Shown here: positions 55,401 through 64,000 of the stretch, piece after piece
How the letters are laid out: each line of letters begins with the position of its first letter
Position numbering within the stretch: position 1 is the stretch's first letter
Translations under genes and position numbers: made by a program
From: Phoronis australis
Lineage: Eukaryota; Animalia; Phoronida
Direction: 5' to 3'
Length of the DNA stretch: 64,000 nucleotides
Assembly (NCBI GenBank): GCA_002633005.1
Contig: NMRA01000845.1
Span: 58,636-122,635 of the forward strand
Notes under the pieces: model-generated
Database searches by the model: none
What the model was told of the DNA's origin: nothing
Seen by the model: the letters and a program-made list of their open reading frames with translations, nothing else

Positions 55401-56167
55401 TCAGTAACTTAATCGAAGTTTAATTGGTGAAAAAGTTCGAGATGTGATCTCAAAGACACCGTTGATGTCTTAAAATATGATCATTTCATTTTTGTTTCAT
55501 GAACGGAGTTTAAATCACAGCATTTGAAAGTTTTACCTAAATCTGAACTGCTATTTCTGGACGTTTTTTTAGGGTCATACAGGATCTTAACTAGCAGGAC
55601 TCTGACCTGGCCCTCACTGTCAACGAACCAAAGATAGCATTGAACCATCACCATAAAATGACACCAGAGTCGAAAAGGTAAGTAATCTCGAAAATTGCCT
55701 CTTTTTGAGGGCGTGCACCATGAGATGGTATCAAGGTTCCGTTCACTTGTAAATATCATAGAATCTTCTGGTTTTTACTAAAAGTTTGTACTCCTGTGAG
55801 TCATCAAAATATGACCGACACTTCTTTGATTTGGAAAAGCGAAATGAAAAATTTAATCGCCAGTCATTCAAGCACCTGACTGTATTGATGTACACTGTTT
55901 CACACCTGATTTCAGGGCACAGTTTCTCAAAAACCATAGAGTTTAGCACAAAAAAGTGCACATTGATAGTAAGGCACCGTCATTAACAACAACACCGAAT
56001 TTCATTTGAAGAAAATGATCCAGATGTAAAATACGGTTAGTGTTCTAAAATATGAGCATTTCATTTTCATTTTGTAGAAGTTATTTATATCATAGAATTG
56101 AAATTTTACATAAATTTGAACAGTTATTTCTGATACGAAGCTTTAAAGTTAGAGAAATGTAGACGTT

Positions 56168-57050
56168 TTTATTCGCCCGCATATTTACATGTATATGTGA
56201 GTGTTTGTCATCTCTGCCTGCCCGGTTGTCCGGGCGTCCGGCATACGGCGTCCACAGCTGTATCTCTTAAATCCTCACAGGACCTTGATGAGATTTGGCA
56301 GATGTGCTTCTATAAGGCTGACGACAGTTGACGAAGAATTTCGGACGGATCCGCCTACCGGTGGCATTATTTTTTTCGTTTATCTCTGTTTCTTCAAAGG
56401 TCATCGGATTTTCATAAAACTTGACTCATGGGCCAATGAGATGGCAAATTTTACTGCCCTCGAGTATATTTTTGGCGCCTACCCCTCCATCAATCAAACC
56501 ACTCTAAGGATGATTGTGAAAATTGGCATATATGTTCTTACTGTGAAGAAGGCAGCGGACAACGGCTTTCCGACGACTTCGACTACCGTGACACCTCCTA
56601 GTGGCATTTTCCTTTGATTTTGCGCCCAGCCCATGGCTCTGCAAGATCTTTATTAAATTTAGCAAGTAGCCATATATAAGTTGACAACGGATGACAACGA
56701 TTTCGGGACGGATTGGACTTACGGTGTGCCTCCAAGTGGCAATTTATTTTTTTTAAGTTTACCTAAAGTATGTATATGCAAAAGTTCCTTGACGGATTTT
56801 CATAAAATTTGGCAGATAGACATAAATTAGTGAAATGATGCCTATCTTTCATTTCCGGATTGATTGGGAGTATGTTGCGGCACCTAGCGGCTATTTTTTA
56901 CTGTTTTCGAGTCTTTTTGTCGTCCACCCTCTGTCAACCAAACCACTCTATGGATGATTTTTAAAATTTGCATACATGCTTTTACTGTAAAAAGGTCGGC
57001 TGACGGCCTCGTTCCGACGAAATTGATTACTGTGGCGCTTCTTGGGAGCA
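56168..57050 (+). mobile_element. Third, 3'-truncated HINE copy
   Basis: Same 5' end (cgcccgcatattt...cgtccggcatacggcgtcc) and about two ~440-bp repeats. Confidence 0.7.
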
Positions 57051-60000
57051 TATTGAAATATTTGATTTTGTCGGTTGTTTGTAAAATACACGTTTTTGTC
57101 TATTTACAAGCCATACCCATACCCCAACGATGTGCTGCGACCCACGGATAACCAAAACAGGAGAAGGATGTAGCATGAAAATTATGAAGGTAAACTAACG
57201 TTGGTTGCTTTCATACTGCGTTAACATAAATGACTGTAGTTCGATACTTTGAAGGTTCTCAAGTCCAAACACCCATAATACGAGAAATGAAACTGTTTTT
57301 GAAAATGCCCTATCAGGTCCAAGGTTAGCGATTCCGACAGACAAGAAAGTTAGTTTTGTTTAATATCCCAAAATACTTTGTTCCAAATCACCGTTCAGAA
57401 CATCATGTCATTAAAGTTTGAACTTTTAGCTTTCACAGTTATGGGCTTTCGTACTTGCGTGTATTTGTGGACTTAAAAACCTTCGGAAAAATGAAAGCCG
57501 TGATTTCATACCTTCAGCAAACACACTTTCTCACTTCTAGTTTTAAATTGAAGTCACGTAGGCTTTATCGCTTCTAAAGGCTTGGTTTCCTTTTAACCGT
57601 ATTGTAGATTTAATAGCGACTTGGTCATTCTTCGAACGGTGAACTTTGGCTGACTAGTATACCATTGACGCTCGGAATTTAACGTCGAAAGCAGTGACAG
57701 TATACCCAAGGTAAGCCCGGACAACTAACACGAATGTCACCAGTAATGTTCGTCTGAAACCATATTTGTTTGATTGGAAAAAGCAAAGTTCAAAATTTAC
57801 TCGCCAGTCATTCTGTCTTTATTCATGGAACACTGTTTCACACCTGGAATCAGGGCACAAAACTGTAAATTTAAGAAAAAAAAAACAAAAGCATATTAAT
57901 GTTAAAACAATGGTATCAATCACAAAGTGGAATTTCATTCGATGAAAATAAATGTTTCAGAAGTCATCACAGAAAAACAGTTAATATGATCATTTTATTT
58001 TCGTTTTTTGAACGGTGTTTATTAAATCATGGTATTTGACATTTTACCTAAATCTTAACTGCTATTCTGATACGAATCTTCAAAGTTAGAGAAATTTGAA
58101 CGTTATTTCAAAGGTAATACATGATCTGAACAACCATGGCCTCACCACTACTGAACGAGAACCAAAGATAACACTGAACCACCTACTCAAATGATACCGT
58201 AATTGGAAAGGTAAAAAAAATCTCTGAAGTTGCACCTTCCGTGAGGTCGCGCCCTGAGATGCTGTCTTACACGGTACACGAAGGACGATAGAGGTATGAA
58301 ACTTTCGTTATTGATAACATTTTGTCTGGCTGACACTTACAGTTACAGCTGTTTACCTGTGTCAACTTTGTGGTGTCCAAATCATTGTAACAGCGTTTAA
58401 GTGCTGTCGAACATTGCTTGGATCCGTTCGAGAGGAGGCACTGGCACTTCCAAAAAGTAGTTTCAAACAGGAACGTACAATGTACATACAAATTTCCGGA
58501 CATTTTGCTAACTGTAATAAATGAAAGTTCAAAATTGTAGGTTTCAAACTAATGGACTTTCAACCTAGTTTGGACCTTTCGACTTATGGATGTTTGGACT
58601 TGCAAACCTTCGGACCAATGAATAAGTGATTACATACCTTCCGCTCACACTCTTTCTCACTTGTACTTTTCAATTCAGATCATAAGGTTTCATTGCTTCC
58701 AATGAGATGACTTTGTTTGAACATCATTGTAGGCTTTTAAGGAATTGACCTAATTTCGTCAAACCACTGGACATTGGCTGACCAGTATACCATTGTCATG
58801 TGGGATCTGACGTCGCGAGCAGTGAGAGTGTACCAAAGGTGCCGCTGTACCACTCACAGGAATGACATCAGAGTCAAAAGGTATGGTGCCGTCCACCCCT
58901 AAATATCCTGGAAGTTAAATGCTACGACTGTCTGTGTGTTCTACGAGTCATCAAAACTGTACAGAAGCCTTGTTTGATTTGGAAAAGTCAAGTCATTCAG
59001 GCATCTATTTTATTCATATACGTTGTATTACATCTAGTTTCTGGGCACAGTCCCTCTAAAACCGTAAAATTTAGCAAAAGGCAAAGCCACTTTAATGGTA
59101 AAACAATGATATCAATAAAAAGATCGAATTTCATTTCATGAAAATGTTCCAGAAGTGACCTCAGAACTCTATTAACTTTCTAAAATATGCTCTTCATTTT
59201 TGTTTTGTGAACTGTCTTTAAATCAAAGTATTTGGAGGTGTTACATGAATCAGAACAGCTATTTTTGAGATATAAACGTTCAAAGTTAGAGAAATATAGA
59301 CGTTTGTGCCAGGGTCTTATAGGATCTGAGCAAGCAGGACACTGACCTTACCTCCACTGACACAGAACAAAAGATGTCGTTGAACCACCAACACAAAATG
59401 ATACCATAATCGGAACCGTAAAAAATCCCTTAAGTTGCACTCTCCCTTAGGCTGCATCATGAGATGCTGCCCTAAAAGATACATGAAGGACGATAGAGGT
59501 GTGTAACTCGTTATTGACAACATTTTGGTCTGACTGACACTTGTGACAACTTTGCGGTGTCTTGATCATTGTAACAGCTTTAAAGTGATAACGGTATTTT
59601 ACTTGTACTCTGGCTTGTACTCAAGTTTTAGGGTTTGGTTCGTGATGACGCACATGTACTTTAAATGGATACACCTCTTTAGGCACCAAATCTATCACCA
59701 TTCGCTTTCACTTGTCGTTTGTTACTTGTCTTGCTGGTACATTCGTATTGACGATAACACATTTTCTAATTTTGACTAACATTTGCACTAACATACTAAC
59801 ACATACCCTAACACACTAAAAACAGCATGACTGAATCCAAATGACGATCCTGGTGACGGAGTGCATGCTGAATTCTGTTAACTGAGTTCCTCTGCAGATA
59901 CCATAACCAGGTGGAGCTGAGCAGTGGTTCCCTTGATCGATTGCACCCGTGGCATGGAGAAGGATTTTTCAATTACATTGATTATTCAAGTATCAAATGG

Positions 60001-62116
60001 AAAACAACAATTGATTTCTCATTTGTTTGTAAATTTTATTATTCCACGGTTTTGTTTAGTTACTTGCTATACTCACACAACAACGATAGGTTGCGACCCC
60101 TGGATTACCAAGACGGAAGAAGGAGAATGGAAGAAGAAGAATGACAAACGAAGACTAAAATTAAGAATGTAATATAATTTTGCTTGCAATTCATACTGAA
60201 TTGGTATAAATAGGGTAGAGCTGTATACTATGAAGGTTCACAAGTCTAAAGGCAAATGATCTGACAATTGAATATATTTCTAAAAGAGCCCTTTAACCCC
60301 AAGGGTTCACAAATCCGACAAAAAGAATAGTTAGTTAGTTCGAAACTAGTCCGAAGGTCTAATATACCTGAAACCTGTTACTTAGCCATCGACAATAAGC
60401 AGCAAGATTGTAGTGGTGGTGAACAAATATTTGAAAATGTAACTAAATGCAACATCTCTGCACATTGCCGAATATTGTTTTGATCCTTCCGACAGGTTCT
60501 CAGGGTTCCATAAAGCAGTTTCAAATAGGCACGTGCATATAAAAACCCGAACCTTCTTCTCCAAACAACTTTTCAAAATCTTGATACATGAAAGTTCTAA
60601 CTTTTAGCTTCGGACTGGTGCGGACTTTCGAATTTATAGATTTTTGGACGTTTAAGCTTTCAGAACAATGAATACCTTGAATTCACACCTTCTGCTCACA
60701 CTCTTTCTCACTCGTAGATTTCAATTCAGATCATACGATTTCATTGCCTCCAAGGGGTTGACTTTGTTTGAATTTTATTGTAGGTTTTTAGAGACTTCGC
60801 CAAATTTCTTCAAACCACCGGACTGACTAATATACCGCTAGCATGCGGCATGCGGTATTTGACATCGCAAACAGTGGGATGAAACCACAGGACCACTTAC
60901 ACGAATGACACCACAGCCAAAAGGTATGGTGCCATTAAGCTGTAAACATCCTGGAAGTTACATGCTTTGACCGTAAGTGCATTCTAGGACCCATCAATTC
61001 ACACCTGGTTTCAGGGCACGATAAATTATTTCTCAAAAACCGTAAAATTTAGCTTAGGACAAAAAGCACACTAATGGTAAAACAATGGCATCAACAACAA
61101 GATCGAATTTAATTAATGAAGGTGTTCCAGAAGTCATCTCAGAACTCTGTTAAAGTTGTAAAAGATGCTCCTATCATTTTCGTTTTCTGAACCGTGTTTA
61201 AATCAATTTATTTGAAAGTTTTACATCAATGTGAACTGTCATTTCTGAGATACAAACGTTAGAGAAATGTAGACATTCTTTTCTAGGGTCTTACAGGCTT
61301 CCAACAACAAAGACCATGGCCTTGCCACCACTGGCAGTGAACCAAAGATGTTGCTGAACCACGAACACAAAATAACACCAGAGTGGAAAAGGTAAAAACG
61401 TCTCGCATGCTCCTTCTTCCGTGAGGGCGCGCGCCATGAATTGCTGTCTTACCCATTCATGAAAGACTACAGTGGTGTATAGCTTTTATTATTAATAATA
61501 TTTTTGTCTAGGTGGCACTTGCAGTTACAGTTCTCCACCTATGACAATCGTTGTAAAATATTTTAAGTTTTGGCTGAATTTTACTTGTACTCTGGGTTGT
61601 TCTCAGGTTTTAGTGTTTGGTTCGTGAAGACGCACATGTACTTTAAATGGATACACCTCTCCATCCACCAAATCTATCACCATTCGGTTGTACCACACCT
61701 TCGTTAATTGTCTTGCTCGTGTATTTGCGTTGACGCTGATGCTCTTTCTAATCCAGACTAACAATTACACTAACCTACTGACACAAGCCCAAACGTACCC
61801 AGAAAGACAGCATGAATAAATCCAAATAACATAAAATGTGCTGCAGTACCACTTACACTAATGACACCAGAGTCAAAACGTATGGTGCTGCTAAGCAGTA
61901 AATCTCCTGGAAGTTACTTGTTTTGACTGCATGCGAGTTTGTTTAACATAGAAAAGTAAAGTGAAACATCTACATATTCAGGCATCTCTTTTTTCATTTA
62001 CACTCTTTCTCACCTGGTTTCAGCTCACATTCTCTCAAAAATCATAGTATTTAGCAAAAGACAGAGCTCATTGATAGTAAAACAGCGGTCACAATAACAA
62101 GGTCGAATTTACTTAA

Positions 62117-64000
62117 GAGGCAGTCCATATAAAAACCAGTAGATTTTCAAAAATCAGTCTATACGTCAAAATTTAAAACAACTTCATTTTTGTACGTGCG
62201 TAGGTATCCTAACAAAACCCAAATGCCAAATTTTTTGCACTCAATGACCCCTAATTTTGCCGCTGGAGCATGATAACACAAATTGGCACAATTGGGCATA
62301 TTAGCCGTCTCAAAATCGCATGTTTTCAGCAACAAAAATGGGTAACATACAAAATAGATCAATAACCAACGTATGCTGTGCATAATTCTGTGCCATTTAT
62401 TAAAAGCTGACACTTTTGTACTAGACAAGGGAGATAATCCACAGACCACTTTTTGGGGCTAATTTTAGTGGCCATTTTTGTGACCTTCTTACTGCCATAA
62501 AACACCTTGTAGTCTTATGTGACGTTTTGAACATAGTTATAGAGTTAGTCTTGATGACTGAGCAATAAAAAATCTTGCCTCAACTTTGTACTTTAGTGAA
62601 AATTGTCTTGCAAAACTGTCTATTTTCATAGTTTGGAAATGACGAGCAGAGTTTACAGACCATTTGAACAAAATTTAGCCAATAAGTCTGCTTTAATTGG
62701 TTATAGAAACCAAGTCTAAAGTCTTTTAAATGAAAACCAGATGTTTTCCGGGTTTATTACGCGGCTAGTATCAAAACTGAACCCGATGACCTTTGCCCAC
62801 TGAGGGAGTCGGTTAAGGTTAAGCTTGAGGATAATTATATAAAAAATGCACGCGTAACCCTGTATTCTTTCTTTTCTTTTACATTATCAGATTAATTTAA
62901 ACACTCTGTAGAACTTTTAAATGGAAATAAATGCCTTTAAGATTAAACGAGTAAGAATTGATATTTGTAATGACTGGTTTTGAGAGAAGCAAGTGCATTT
63001 TAAAAGGGCAAAATGGCGGACCATGTCGATGGGCCTTCATGTTCCTTTAGAGTTTATTTTGCAAAAAATCCGATCACAAAAGCTTTGTGCTTTAGTGAGC
63101 TATGTCAAAGACACCACTGAACACTTGAGATACAGGAAAGTACCTCACAATGCACAGAGTACGGACTCGTACTACCCAGAGTCGGTGAATTTCTGACTCA
63201 ACAATGAGTCGTGGGAGAGTCGGGTAATGCTGGATGTTACCACTCTGCTCCTCTCCTCTTGAACGTAGCAGCCTTGTCAAACTCTACCGGCATTTCTGTT
63301 CAGAGATGTGACTTTAGTGAAAGTCTGAATGGAAAGGATCTCTCGTGATCGCAAGATGGCTCCACTCAAACAACATGCGAAGTACTTTGTAGCCGAAGGT
63401 AATAATATTATAAACTTTCTGGATTTGAAAGAAGCATTAGTTTCCAGTGGCCGTGTGAAGGTATGTTATGTGTGTACATGTTCAGTCAATGCAACAAAGT
63501 CTTTTCTTCCAAAATACTCAGTTCCTGGTAAAAGCACATTCCCAAATCCCCACTATTCCACCCAAGGAATTCGCGTGTGTAAAACATTCCATGTAGGTGA
63601 CGGTAAGTTCTTACAAATACTGAGAAAATGGGAAACCCATTTCTCTAAAATACACTAACATCTCTAGATATGGCGGATTTTCAACACCAAGAGTTAAGGT
63701 TGGCATTGTATCTAGTGAAGAGCCTAAACAAAATTCCCTTGTATCCATCAAGGTTACTCGAATTTTTTTTTGCTACAGACGCAGAACTAGGTCAGCATTT
63801 GGATGTGGGAAACCACACTGAACATTTAGAGAAGGAAACCACGTATGACCACATCGCACGACAGTGGTCAGAAATGCTTTTAGATGCAAGAACCGGAGCG
63901 TCATTTGAGACAGCCTCAGAGTACTATTTGGATGAGACGAATGCTGAAGCAATAGGTTAGGCATTGAAAAAAGGTCAACGAGATTTTCAGTAAAGGTTAA
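62117..64000 (+). mobile_element. Sola3 DNA transposon, degenerate; runs off the window end
   Basis: TTAA|GAGGCAGTCC terminus; transposase remnants SGNAGCYHS (SDNAGCYH), CDFSES..GKD..DRK.APLKQH...V.EGNNI....LKEAL.S.G, HLDVGNH, G*ALKK. Confidence 0.82.

Larger units (their letters stand above)
42780..62112 (+). repeat. Diverged tandem array of a ~2 kb unit (about 8-9 full or partial copies) interrupted by TEs
   Basis: Landmark gtcttacccgatacatgaaggacgatagagg at ~42806, 46608, 49630, 54210, 58264, 59470, 61445; other landmarks recur in the same order; cleanest period 59313 to 61287 = 1974 bp. Confidence 0.9.

Noticed and set aside
47977-56617. Recurrent ORFs with SINQT..MIVKIGMY
   Set aside because: Translations of the HINE internal 440-bp repeat; frames are not preserved between monomers.

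Overview
AT-rich animal genomic DNA with spliceosomal introns and many transposon relics. The transposon repertoire and motif bias suggest a marine invertebrate, probably a lophotrochozoan, but this is inference only. Two apparently intact host genes are present. One is a three-exon GPI-anchored Ly6/uPAR three-finger protein (7092-13141, +) that I assembled by hand and that the ORF track misses. The other is a class A peptide-type GPCR with an uninterrupted CDS, resembling sex-peptide/MIP receptors (19637-20797, +). The rest is mostly decayed mobile DNA: a P-element/THAP transposon, a Kolobok-like THAP element, two Academ (XPG-type) elements, Harbinger elements and MITEs, Tx1-like and other LINE fragments, Helentron-type HINEs with ~440-bp internal repeats, and a Sola3 element. 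There is also a tRNA-Ile(AAT)-derived pseudogene and a Penelope-type hammerhead motif. The most unusual structure is a ~19 kb, strongly diverged tandem array of a ~2 kb unit (42780-62112). Each unit carries two mutually homologous exon-like cassettes bounded by AG/GT. Two near-perfect tandem duplications joined by a single N are probably unmerged haplotypes. All calls were made by eye without database searches.
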